Source: a virus (Duplodnaviria; Caudoviricetes). From it: DNA of 64,000 nt. The number at the start of each line of letters is the position of its first letter. Within the stretch, counting starts at the first letter, position 1. This document shows, piece by piece, positions 40,408 to 49,800 of the stretch. The DNA lies in IMG/VR virus record IMGVR_UViG_3300028888_000134, positions 1,831 to 65,830 of that record. The stretch is one strand, 5' to 3'. The notes under the pieces are model-generated. The model was not told the origin of the DNA and ran no database searches. It saw only the letters and a program-made list of their open reading frames with translations. A program made the translations under genes and the position numbers.

Positions 40408-40784
40408 TATTCGAAATCATTTACTTCTTTTATTATTTTCTTGGCTAATAAACTGTTAAAAGCCAATTTTTGTCCGAAACTTAAATCCTTTAGATTAAAA
40501 GTTATAAGTTGGTTTAATTCATTGGTAAAAGTAACAAACAATATGTTTAATAGCGTTTTTATAAGATCATATCTCACATTGTTCATAACATCATTCATAC
40601 TTGATTTGTTTTCATTAACTTCCTTTTCAACGACTTCCTCACCATCTTCATTTTCCATCATTGAATAGGTCATTGTTGTTATGGTGTTAATGTTTTTTTC
40701 ATAAACAGGCGTGTCTGACACCCATTTCATTATTGCATCCAAATCAATTGCATAATAAACTCCATCAATTTCAAGCATTTTCAA
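40407..40784 (-). CDS. Hypothetical protein
   Basis: 125-aa ORF coupled in the operon. Confidence 0.7.
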   Translation of the reverse strand: MKMLEIDGVYYAIDLDAIMKWVSDTPVYEKNINTITTMTYSMMENEDGEEVVEKEVNENKSSMNDVMNNVRYDLIKTLLNILFVTFTNELNQLITFNLKDLSFGQKLAFNSLLAKKIIKEVNDFE

Positions 40785-41391
40785 TCAGATTTACTATTGT
40801 GTTATTTTCGTCATGGATTACATCCATCATTGAATCAAATTCATAGTCACCTTTGGCTTCCTTATTGTAAGGTGCTTTTATTTTAAACGATATTTTACCG
40901 TCAGGTTTGTTGTTTAACAAATTAGGGTTTGCAGTTATCATTATATCACATTTATCCCACATTGTTATACTGTCAATCGGAAAATGTATTTCCCTTATCC
41001 TTACACCAATTCTTGCAAGAAAAGACAAAGTTGACTGAATTGACAGATTCATTTCAAAAGGGCTGAACAAAATTAGTTCTGGTAATTTCTCATCATCGAA
41101 ATTTCTCATTGTGTTTTGTGTCCAAAGATTGAAATCGGCTGGCAACATTCTATCCATTGCCTCTGCTCTTCCATATATTTCAAAAGAGCAGTCTTCATAT
41201 TTAAATTTGTTATACAATAATGTGTCAGCATTTCCATCTTCGTTTAGAAATGGAAAAACATTCAAAAAATTAAAATCATCTATTTCCTCATATGGTATAT
41301 CAAAAGAGGGATTGATTGTTTTTTTGTACATATTGGCAAATTGCCTTGTGTAATCTCTTAACACATCATTTATATCAATTGCAATTCTCAT
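40771..41391 (-). CDS. HAD-family 5'(3')-deoxyribonucleotidase-like protein
   Basis: MRIAIDINDVLRD motif I variant, DIMITANP, IKAPYN. Start moved to ATG 41391. Confidence 0.65.
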   Translation of the reverse strand: MRIAIDINDVLRDYTRQFANMYKKTINPSFDIPYEEIDDFNFLNVFPFLNEDGNADTLLYNKFKYEDCSFEIYGRAEAMDRMLPADFNLWTQNTMRNFDDEKLPELILFSPFEMNLSIQSTLSFLARIGVRIREIHFPIDSITMWDKCDIMITANPNLLNNKPDGKISFKIKAPYNKEAKGDYEFDSMMDVIHDENNTIVNLIENA

Positions 41392-41395
41392 AATG

Positions 41396-41845
41396 TTAAC
41401 GTGTAAAAGCAGGTATTTCTTCACCTTTATTATTAAGGAAAGCAAGTCTTGGATAAGAAAACTCCAAATTGTAGATTTTACCACATTTGGCACATGTGTG
41501 CTTGCATACCTTTTCAAATGTAAATGGATTGAACATCGGAGGTGCGTTGCTTATAAGTTCCTCACCACATTCTTCACAAAAAGCATGTTTAACAATAACT
41601 TTGTCAACTTCTTCATCAGTTATAAGTTGTGAAGCAGTCATTTCTTTTTCGTTCATTTGTCTCATTTCAGATTTTTTCTTCAAATAAACCTGTTCAATAT
41701 CATTTGGGTTGTTTCTCAACTCATTTAGACATTTTTCATATTCTTCACGCTGTGTTTCTTGTAATTTACTTCCTTCAGGGAATGAATTGTCCTCATTTTC
41801 CCTGTCAATGGCTAATTGCGCCTTGTATTCATCTAAAATTCCCAT
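41396..41845 (-). CDS. Zinc-ribbon protein
   Basis: CEECGEEL ... CAKCGK. Confidence 0.7.
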   Translation of the reverse strand: MGILDEYKAQLAIDRENEDNSFPEGSKLQETQREEYEKCLNELRNNPNDIEQVYLKKKSEMRQMNEKEMTASQLITDEEVDKVIVKHAFCEECGEELISNAPPMFNPFTFEKVCKHTCAKCGKIYNLEFSYPRLAFLNNKGEEIPAFTR

Positions 41846-41846
41846 A

Positions 41847-42260
41847 TTATTTTATGTTATGATTTAATTTATATTCATTCAAATCAAAATATCTGAAACC
41901 TTGAAATCCTTTATAAGGAACTTTTTCTGTTAAATAATGAAACGGCCCACTTCTTTCAATGAATTTACCATCCCATTTCTTTTTCGTTGTTGAACAAGTG
42001 AATTGTTTCTCCGTAAACCCAACGATTTCCATCCATCCCTTAACAAAACCTTGATGAACTATGTAGCATTTGTCACCTTTTTCTATTCCTTTTGGAAAAT
42101 GTGGTACTTTGAAGTTGATTACTTGTTTGTAATTTTCCGTTTTTTTAAGTTCTTTTTCATAATCACTCCATTGAACTGTTGATGGAATGGTTATGATTAT
42201 TGACCTCTTGTTCTTGAAAATTTCCTCTAAAATAAGTTTTATGTTTGGCATTTCTATCAT
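41847..42260 (-). CDS. PUA/ASCH-like protein (putative)
   Basis: GDKCYIV...GWMEIV and terminal PYKGFQGFRY resemble PUA/ASCH/EVE-like folds. Confidence 0.4.
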   Translation of the reverse strand: MIEMPNIKLILEEIFKNKRSIIITIPSTVQWSDYEKELKKTENYKQVINFKVPHFPKGIEKGDKCYIVHQGFVKGWMEIVGFTEKQFTCSTTKKKWDGKFIERSGPFHYLTEKVPYKGFQGFRYFDLNEYKLNHNIK

Positions 42261-42414
42261 ATAATGATAAACAAATATTAAAATTTATTCAAAATAATCA
42301 CTTGTTTCTTTGTACTTTATATTCTTCATATGTTTTATTTTTGAAAAAAAGTTATACAATATTTCATTAAGAATTGTTTTAAAAACTCTTGTTTCGCAAG
42401 CATTTCTTTGAAAT

Positions 42415-43521
42415 TTAAATCAAATTATTTTCAATTAAGTATTTTTTAAGGCATTCTGAACATAATCGTTTTCCAAAAGTTTGTTCGGATATCTGCATAT
42501 CCATGAATTCCAAGACAAGTGGATTATCTTCTTTAATTTCCTCATTCGTTATATCTCTTCCTTCATATGTTTCAAGCCTATCAATCATTGCTCTGTCTAA
42601 TTTGACTTCTTTTCCACATTCACAACATATATAACTTTCAGATGTTAAATAATCATTAAGGTTTAATATGACTTCTTTCCTTTCTTTGTTTTTGTACTTT
42701 TCATCCATTGTTTTGGAATAATATTTTTTTGTCAAATCAATTGTATCCTGACGCAATGAAGCCTTAAATCTGACAATGTAATGACCATCAAATTCAACTA
42801 TTTCTTTAAACCATATATTTTTGAAAACAAATTTGACCAAATCATTCATTTTATATGCGTGTTTTGTTATAAATGACACTTCTTCATAATCAAGAATATC
42901 AGATTTAATCTTCTCATCATGTATCTTTTCGATTTCCCTCACAAAACCCTTTGATTTGAAATCCTTGTCATTTGGGTATTTTGACACATACATATCAAGA
43001 ATAACATGTGTGTCATCAAATCTTTTAACATCCAACCTTGTTATATATTCCTCAATTTTATAACGTGGAACGAAATTCCTTTTTATCTTTATTCTGTATT
43101 CAGTTCTTTTTCCTCTTCCACCGATTTGTTCAAACACTTCACCAATTGTTTCAACTATAAAATCATTTGGTTGTATTGTTATCAGTTCAAGACCATCACT
43201 ATCATCATATTTCATAAATTTTGTGTCTTGCTTGTCATCTTTTATCGCAAGTGTTGGTGAATAATATTCATATGTCTTTGCTTCTTGGTCAACCTTATAA
43301 GTGCGATATCTTAATTCTTGAACTTCTTGTGTAATCTCACCCTTTAATAGTGCTTTTGCAACACGTTTGTCCTCAATTTCTTTTATAATTGAAGTTCCAC
43401 CACCAACATTGCTAATTCCTGTCTGACGAAAAATGTTGTCTTCTGTGTTTTTCATTCCATAAAACAAGGAATAAAAAAACAATCTGATATCATCAAACAA
43501 ATTAATTAGAAAACGTTTCAT
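42415..43521 (-). CDS. Hypothetical protein with C-terminal Zn motif
   Basis: 368 aa; CCECGK ... LCSEC. Confidence 0.7.
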   Translation of the reverse strand: MKRFLINLFDDIRLFFYSLFYGMKNTEDNIFRQTGISNVGGGTSIIKEIEDKRVAKALLKGEITQEVQELRYRTYKVDQEAKTYEYYSPTLAIKDDKQDTKFMKYDDSDGLELITIQPNDFIVETIGEVFEQIGGRGKRTEYRIKIKRNFVPRYKIEEYITRLDVKRFDDTHVILDMYVSKYPNDKDFKSKGFVREIEKIHDEKIKSDILDYEEVSFITKHAYKMNDLVKFVFKNIWFKEIVEFDGHYIVRFKASLRQDTIDLTKKYYSKTMDEKYKNKERKEVILNLNDYLTSESYICCECGKEVKLDRAMIDRLETYEGRDITNEEIKEDNPLVLEFMDMQISEQTFGKRLCSECLKKYLIENNLI

Positions 43522-43714
43522 CGAATCTACTTTTTATCTCATTTATTATAATGTCACGATATTCGTTGTATTTGTTTAATTTTCTTTGAATATCACCAGA
43601 TTGAACCATAGAATGCATGTTCATTTTTCCGTATCTTATTGTTTCATCAATAAGAACTTGAATCAAGTTGTAATAACTTTCTAATTCAGAGATTGTTAAT
43701 TTTTTGATTTCCAT
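43502..43714 (-). CDS. Small hypothetical protein
   Basis: 70-aa helical ORF overlapping the next gene. Confidence 0.6.
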   Translation of the reverse strand: MEIKKLTISELESYYNLIQVLIDETIRYGKMNMHSMVQSGDIQRKLNKYNEYRDIIINEIKSRFDETFSN

Positions 43715-43801
43715 ATAAAAATGTGTTTATATAAACAATAAACAAAAATATTGTGGAAATCAAACAAAAAAATGCAACCATTTCTGATTGCATTTCACTA
43801 T

Positions 43802-44002
43802 TTATTCTTTTTCTTCCTCTTGATATTCTTTGTACATATTTGGTGACGGATGTACAACATAAATATCTGAATGACAATTTGAACAATAAAGGCAATTCAC
43901 TACCCTATCATCTTCCTCTTCATAATCAATGCCAGTTAGTTCACTAAGCATCCAATCATTTTGCCAAACAGCCTGACTTCCACAATTAAAACACGTAATC
44001 AT
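43802..44002 (-). CDS. Small zinc-ribbon protein
   Basis: CFNCG ... CSNC. Confidence 0.65.
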   Translation of the reverse strand: MITCFNCGSQAVWQNDWMLSELTGIDYEEEDDRVVNCLYCSNCHSDIYVVHPSPNMYKEYQEEEKE

Positions 44003-44026
44003 TTCTTTTAATTCAGTTTCACATTA

Positions 44027-44521
44027 TTATTCTTTACCTGTATGTCCAAAACCACCGTCACCTCGTTCGGTTTGTTTTGTGATTTCTTTTATTTGTGTTA
44101 AATTTAAAAAATAACCGTTAAGCACATCACACAAAATTCCTTGTGCAATCCTGTCACCATTATTTATTGTCACAACATCATTGGAAAAGTTTATAAGTAT
44201 AACGCATAATTCCCCAATGTAACTTGAATCCAATGTTCCAGGAGTGTTTAGTACTGTAATGCCTTGCTTCAATGCCAAACCACTACGTGGTCTAATCTGT
44301 ATTTCCTTGTCATTAGGCAATTCAAAATACAACCCTGTATGAAATAGTTTTCTTTCAAAAGGGTTTAGAGTTACATAGAACTTATTTTGTGTCAAATCAT
44401 AGCCATTGCTATTTTCTTCTGTTATCCACGCCCTTATATCAAACCCACTACTGCCTTCATCTGCAAATGATGGATTTGGATTTGTTGAATTGTTTACAAA
44501 TTTTAAACTGATTTTATCCAT
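44027..44521 (-). CDS. dut: Trimeric dUTPase
   Basis: All five motifs: GSSGFDI, IRPRSGLA, GTLDSSYIGEL, RIAQG, RGDGGFGHTG. Confidence 0.95.
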   Translation of the reverse strand: MDKISLKFVNNSTNPNPSFADEGSSGFDIRAWITEENSNGYDLTQNKFYVTLNPFERKLFHTGLYFELPNDKEIQIRPRSGLALKQGITVLNTPGTLDSSYIGELCVILINFSNDVVTINNGDRIAQGILCDVLNGYFLNLTQIKEITKQTERGDGGFGHTGKE

Positions 44522-44525
44522 AATT

Positions 44526-45134
44526 TCATTTTTTGGTTTCTTTATGCTTTTGATATGTTTCTATGGCTGTTAATTGATTTGATATCTTTACTAGTTCTGC
44601 AAGAGGGGTGACAAATGAATTGTTTTTCTCATCATCCTTATCACATATTTTCATCGCATCATATTCCTCTTCAGTAAGTTTGATTCCATATTTCATACAT
44701 AAGAATATAGACCTCTCTCCCAATTTCAATGATGTTCCAAGGTGTTGGCTGAAATCATAGAAAATACCCTTGTTTATTTTCCATTGTTCAGTTGAAGCAA
44801 CAAACATTTCAGCTTTTGAAATGTGTTGCAACAATAACACTTTCATTAAGGATTTTTTATCAACATAAAGATATTGATGCTTTGTTTTTCCATTTCCGTT
44901 TACACCAAAAGCACTCTCATTAATATGTGTTGCAATAACACATAAATTATTCAACACAACATTCAATAAAGAACCCTGATAAGAAGCACCTGTTCCTTCT
45001 GTCATTGCAAAACTTCCATTCTTTATTTCATCACCATAGTCGTTAATCAATTCTTCAGAATAACAGTTGTACTTCTTTAAGTACTCAATCCACAATAAAT
45101 AATTTTTGTTAATTCTTTCTTCCGTAATGTACAT
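44526..45134 (-). CDS. Degenerate HD-domain-like protein
   Basis: ASYQGSLL...LLQHISKAE...GERS...YGIKLTEEEYDAM follows the phage HD-hydrolase scaffold but lacks the HD dyad. Start moved to ATG 45134. Confidence 0.5.
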   Translation of the reverse strand: MYITEERINKNYLLWIEYLKKYNCYSEELINDYGDEIKNGSFAMTEGTGASYQGSLLNVVLNNLCVIATHINESAFGVNGNGKTKHQYLYVDKKSLMKVLLLQHISKAEMFVASTEQWKINKGIFYDFSQHLGTSLKLGERSIFLCMKYGIKLTEEEYDAMKICDKDDEKNNSFVTPLAELVKISNQLTAIETYQKHKETKK

Positions 45135-45168
45135 AATAAAAAAAATTTGCATTGTTATTAATCCAATG

Positions 45169-45199
45169 CAAATATAGTTCAATAATAGATATTAACAAA
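45169..45199 (-). promoter_or_regulatory. Bacteroidetes-type promoter for the HD/dut operon
   Basis: Minus strand TTTG-N19-TATATTTG. Confidence 0.65.
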
Positions 45200-45205
45200 A
45201 TCTTT

Positions 45206-45877
45206 TCAATGCTTTTTTTTGCGTTTTCCTTTGTATTTCATTTCACATTCGAATACATTGTCATCATTGTCAACAAATAACCATTTATCTTTAAAGTTCA
45301 TTAACTTCATTGATGGTACATTCATTTGCTGATGCATAACACTTTCATTTATTTGTGACATTTTTCTATCAATACATTCTTCAATAATGTTTTTGATAAG
45401 TTCATAATCTATTATACCATTTGCACTTTTTGGTAATATATTCTCATTTATTTTGGCTTTTGATTGACGTTCTTTTTTGTCAACCTCATTGACACGCTCA
45501 AGTATGTTTGCTGCTGTCTTAATGCCTGGCATATTTCCTTTAATCCTATTTTCCAACTCATCCATTTTTGGGTCAATTGGCTTTAAGTCCAACGGATTAC
45601 TTAAAATTGATTCAACTATTCCACGTGGTATGTTTCTTCCTTCAAGATTCACTTTTTTTCTTCCACCATTGGCATCAATTTCCTTCAGCATATTCATTTC
45701 CTCTTGTGCGTTGTATGGTTTGTATTCACCTTCTTCGTAAATCGGTTCTTGAATAGGACCATAAACCTGTTTGTCAAAATTTTCAATCAACTTATCCAAA
45801 TCTTGCTTTGATGCAGAAATATTTCCGTTCTCAATCCTACTGTTGATTTCTAACATTCGCTCTATATCACTTGCCAT
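45206..45877 (-). CDS. Hypothetical protein
   Basis: 223 aa; INE sites. Confidence 0.7.
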   Translation of the reverse strand: MASDIERMLEINSRIENGNISASKQDLDKLIENFDKQVYGPIQEPIYEEGEYKPYNAQEEMNMLKEIDANGGRKKVNLEGRNIPRGIVESILSNPLDLKPIDPKMDELENRIKGNMPGIKTAANILERVNEVDKKERQSKAKINENILPKSANGIIDYELIKNIIEECIDRKMSQINESVMHQQMNVPSMKLMNFKDKWLFVDNDDNVFECEMKYKGKRKKKH

Positions 45878-45938
45878 ATTGTTTTTTTTTTAACTGTTTA
45901 TATAAAAATAAAACATTTTCACGTAATTTTCAAAAAAA

Positions 45939-46826
45939 TTAGTCTAATTCTTCTCTATTAAGGCTTCCTTTTCTGCTTAAATATCTTGTATCAGCAGCCT
46001 TTTGCCATCTTCTGTCTCTTCTTCTCATATTTCTTTGTTCTTTTTTCTGTTCTTCCTCATATTCTTTCATCTTTTGTGCCAAGTCAGCAAGTGTTATTGG
46101 TTTTCCACTTAATGCTTGTCTCAATGCATCCAATTCTTTTTCTTTCTCTTCATCGTATGGTCTTTCGGTTTGTGTTTGCTGTTTTTCAGTTTCTGTTTCA
46201 GAATTTGTTCTGTTAATGTCAGCATTTGTTTTTGGACCTTCTTCTTGTGAATATTGGGATTGGGGTTCTATTTGTTTGAAAGCATCATCTTTTTTAATAT
46301 CATCCAATTTTATTGGATGTGCAAGCTGTTGTCTGAAACGTTCCATTCTTTTTTCGGTTTCAGTTCTGAACACATCATCATTTGTCTTTGGTCTTGAATT
46401 CTCACTGTCTGACGTTGGCGGTGTTGCGGTATCACCAAATTGTGCGATTTTGTAAACAACTGACATAGTTTCGTCACCATTTGGATTGAATTCACCAAGT
46501 CCACTATAATAAAAGTCTGCTGGTCTGCTGAATGTTTGTTCCGTTGGTTTCCATGCTGAAATTCTGTCCAATCTGAAGAATTTCCAAGATGGTACACGTG
46601 TTGTTGTATCTCCGTAAGGTTGAAAACACCTTATAACAGGGTTACCTGCTTTGGTCAAACCATAAGCATAGACCTCAATAACCCTTGCACCTGTGTTATT
46701 ATTTTCACCTTTTGAGTGGTAATTTATTATGATTCTATTATGGTTATCAATTGCACTTTCCACATCGTTTACTGACACGGATTCATTTAGCAAAATATCG
46801 TTTAATATATCTTCAAGTAATTTCAT
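45939..46826 (-). CDS. WYL-domain protein with acidic, likely disordered tail
   Basis: IINYH...GARVIEVYAYG...IRCFQ...WKFFRLDRI; leader LLEDILNDILLNES. Confidence 0.75.
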   Translation of the reverse strand: MKLLEDILNDILLNESVSVNDVESAIDNHNRIIINYHSKGENNNTGARVIEVYAYGLTKAGNPVIRCFQPYGDTTTRVPSWKFFRLDRISAWKPTEQTFSRPADFYYSGLGEFNPNGDETMSVVYKIAQFGDTATPPTSDSENSRPKTNDDVFRTETEKRMERFRQQLAHPIKLDDIKKDDAFKQIEPQSQYSQEEGPKTNADINRTNSETETEKQQTQTERPYDEEKEKELDALRQALSGKPITLADLAQKMKEYEEEQKKEQRNMRRRDRRWQKAADTRYLSRKGSLNREELD

Positions 46827-46834
46827 ATAACCAT

Positions 46835-46865
46835 AAAAACCCTCTTATTATCATAAATAGGAGGG
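46835..46865 (-). terminator. Intrinsic terminator overlapping a TATTTATG motif
   Basis: ccctcttatt / aataggaggg stem followed by TTTTT on the minus strand. Confidence 0.6.
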
Positions 46866-46893
46866 AATTTTATAAAATATTATTATTTGGTGT

Positions 46894-47301
46894 TTAATTT
46901 AAAAGTTTGATACAGGTGCGCTTTGTTTTTGGTGTAAAGTTGTTGACAAATTGACCTTCTCTTACATTTGCACTGGTATCAACGAGAAGTGCCGAATAAG
47001 CCCTGTTAGAACCATTGTATAAACTACGTTGAATGGTTCTTGTACGTGCTGCATTGTCGCAATCATTACCAGCACCGCTGTCAATATTTGTATCAAAGTT
47101 TCTGTAATCTATAACACCAAGTTTTCCACGGCAGTTTGGAAGCCAATGTGTATGACCACCGTGACCAGTTCCCTTACCGTTACCACTTGATGCAAGTGCA
47201 TCTGGATGAGTTGCACTATATTGATTATTTCTTTGGTAATCACTTCTTGCTTCTTGTATGTGTCTGCTGTCCATTGACACAAATTCTAAACACGATTGCA
47301 T
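46894..47301 (-). CDS. Small putative virion protein
   Basis: 135 aa, Gly/Asn-rich; TATTTATA on the minus strand at 47331-47338. Confidence 0.65.
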   Translation of the reverse strand: MQSCLEFVSMDSRHIQEARSDYQRNNQYSATHPDALASSGNGKGTGHGGHTHWLPNCRGKLGVIDYRNFDTNIDSGAGNDCDNAARTRTIQRSLYNGSNRAYSALLVDTSANVREGQFVNNFTPKTKRTCIKLLN

Positions 47302-47366
47302 ATTATATATAATTTAATATCTTATTTTATTATAAATATTGTGATTTTGAATATTTTGTTGAAAAA

Positions 47367-49139
47367 CTACCATCTTTTATAGTGTGTTCTCCATACATCT
47401 TCCGTAAATCCACTATCAAGTAATACTATATGTGGCTCTCCATTTCTTTGTGTAAGTCCGTAATTGCATATTCTTACCATATCACCAACAACAATATGAC
47501 CATAATTTCCTATATAATCATCAAATGCTGCAAGGTCTTCATTGGTTTCCAATAATTCTTCCCATTTATCTTGTGGCATTGCATTCCACTTTAAATTAAT
47601 TCTATTGAACCTGTATGCTCCACAAGCATATATAAATGAACAAAATTCATTGAATGTCATATTAAAGCATACTTTAAAATCTTGTGCCTTTGCTGGTAAT
47701 ACAAATTCTGAGATGATCCATAAATCATCTGAATCAGAATCAAGTACTTGTGGAAATATATCATCACCGTAAGCCCTTTCTTCCTCACTATTCTGTGCAA
47801 CACCTTTTTCGTTCCATGCGAGTTTGAGTACCTTTTCGTCATCAATTTGAAATGTTGCTCTTGAACTTCCTTTTCCTATGTGTTTCCCGAGGTGTTGTGT
47901 GCAATATTTGAAAGCAGCATTGAAAGACCTTGAATTGGATAATTCTTCAAGTGAAAATGTATCATCCATTGCTTCTGTAAGCATTTTTGCTTGTTGTTCC
48001 GTGATAAATATTGTTTTTTTACTTTTGTGATTGATATTTTCCAATGTTGTATGTAAAACACCCGTGTAACGTCCATTTGTTATTTGTGATAATGATGAAC
48101 TACCACCTTGTATAAATATAGAAGCTAAATCACCTCTTTGGTGATAAACATCTAAAACTTTGTTAATTAATACCAACGTTTCTTCAGGAGTTGAGTTATT
48201 ATTGTATTCCATAAGAATTTTTTGTATTGGTTCTAAGCCATAATCACTCCAAGCATCCGACCCATCTGGCATTTGCATCCAATCATATAAGCCAAGTTCT
48301 TCAAGAAATTCAAATGCATTGTCTTCGTCCATCTCATCTAATTTTTCCGGAAAATGTATTTCAACAAAACTGATAAAGTCATCCATTGGAAAATAAGTTT
48401 TATGTCCTGCCAATGCAGTGTTTGAATCAAGTATAATAGTGTTTTTAAATATTATACCCATCCATTGATAAACATATTTTGTTGGAAATGATGTCAGTTT
48501 CCCATATTTTGTAAATTCTTCAAGTGCTTTTTGATACATGCTTGGGTTTATTAAAATACCCCAATCTTGTTTTCCGTTTCTATTATTCCAAAATTCTTCT
48601 AATACATAAGTTGGGTCATACTCATATATATAATCTTCCCAATCTATTGATTCCCTTAAAATAGTTTCATATTTCAATGTATTATTATCAATCATTTTCT
48701 TATTTGCATTCTTGGTATCAAATTTTGCTGTTGTCGGTTTGTTCTTTTTATTGTTTTGTCTGTCTTTTTCATGAGGTTTAATAAATGCATTGTTTATACC
48801 TGCGTCTTTTTTTGCCTGTTTGAAATCATGGATTGACTTTGTTGCGGTATATAACGTGTTGTTGACCCATGTTTTCATTGCATCACCTCCATTCAGTATA
48901 AATTCTGCTGATTTGTCACTTCCGTTATAGTTGTCAAAGAAGTTTTTGATACGTTTCATTTCATTATAAGCAATTCCATCCATTGACAGAATATTATTCA
49001 AACGCTTATAACCATCAATGGTTTTATCCCCATTATAGTTATTAAGTGTTCTTTGCAAATATTTCCTAACACCATCAGGTATTGGAAATTTTCTGTGCTT
49101 CAATTCATTGTTTTCAGTTAAAAAGTGCAACATTTTCAA
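47367..49139 (-). CDS. Polyprotein with C-terminal kinase-like domain
   Basis: Three domains separated by ILRES and FITEQQAKMLTEA; C-domain IGKGSSRATF...VLKLAWNEKGVAQN...GD...NYG...LLDSG. Confidence 0.75.
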   Translation of the reverse strand: MKMLHFLTENNELKHRKFPIPDGVRKYLQRTLNNYNGDKTIDGYKRLNNILSMDGIAYNEMKRIKNFFDNYNGSDKSAEFILNGGDAMKTWVNNTLYTATKSIHDFKQAKKDAGINNAFIKPHEKDRQNNKKNKPTTAKFDTKNANKKMIDNNTLKYETILRESIDWEDYIYEYDPTYVLEEFWNNRNGKQDWGILINPSMYQKALEEFTKYGKLTSFPTKYVYQWMGIIFKNTIILDSNTALAGHKTYFPMDDFISFVEIHFPEKLDEMDEDNAFEFLEELGLYDWMQMPDGSDAWSDYGLEPIQKILMEYNNNSTPEETLVLINKVLDVYHQRGDLASIFIQGGSSSLSQITNGRYTGVLHTTLENINHKSKKTIFITEQQAKMLTEAMDDTFSLEELSNSRSFNAAFKYCTQHLGKHIGKGSSRATFQIDDEKVLKLAWNEKGVAQNSEEERAYGDDIFPQVLDSDSDDLWIISEFVLPAKAQDFKVCFNMTFNEFCSFIYACGAYRFNRINLKWNAMPQDKWEELLETNEDLAAFDDYIGNYGHIVVGDMVRICNYGLTQRNGEPHIVLLDSGFTEDVWRTHYKRW

Positions 49140-49148
49140 TTCCTTTCT

Positions 49149-49748
49149 TTAATCAGCCTCATTTTCTAATTCATTTTTCCATTGGTTGGATATTTTCTTG
49201 TTGTTTCTTATGTCATTTTTCCATTTTCTTTGGATTCTGTATGGAGTGGAATCTGTATTCAATTCCTCAATAAGTTTATTAAGCACTATTGCCTTTTGTT
49301 TTGGCGATAAGTGTGACCTGTTTATTTCATCAAGCAAAATGTTTATCTTGTTTTGTATACCTTGTGGTATTTTGACAAGATTATCCTTTGTATCATTGTT
49401 TGTCAATGTATTCAGTTCTTTGTTTGTGCTGTTGAAGTTGGCATTAACTTCACCAGTATCGTCTGCTTGATTGGAATCATTCCCAACACTTACACCCTCA
49501 CTCATTTGTCTTGGCGTTATATTGCCATAAGTCCTGTATCTATTCCAAGTTTGTGGTGTAAGTGACATCTGTATCTCATCTGCGATAACAGGTTTTCCGT
49601 TCTTACCTGTTTCTTTTTTTCCGCTTGCGGAGACTACTGAACCATCACAATATTTTGTGTCATTGTCTGTTATGTAGGAAAAATCATTTTCAGATGTTTC
49701 CATTAATTTTCTGTATTGTTTTTCTGTTATTTTTATATTTCTTGCCAT
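49149..49748 (-). CDS. Putative head-internal protein with leader motif
   Basis: MARNIKITEKQYRKLMET. Start moved to ATG 49748. Confidence 0.7.
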   Translation of the reverse strand: MARNIKITEKQYRKLMETSENDFSYITDNDTKYCDGSVVSASGKKETGKNGKPVIADEIQMSLTPQTWNRYRTYGNITPRQMSEGVSVGNDSNQADDTGEVNANFNSTNKELNTLTNNDTKDNLVKIPQGIQNKINILLDEINRSHLSPKQKAIVLNKLIEELNTDSTPYRIQRKWKNDIRNNKKISNQWKNELENEAD

Positions 49749-49768
49749 AATGTAAGTTGACATAAACA

Positions 49769-49784
49769 TATTTATATATAAATA
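49769..49784. promoter_or_regulatory. Palindromic pair of TATTTATA motifs between divergent genes
   Basis: TATTTATATATAAATA is a perfect 16-bp palindrome between the starts at 49748(-) and 49801(+). Confidence 0.6.
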
Positions 49785-49800
49785 GGTTATAAAACGATAA

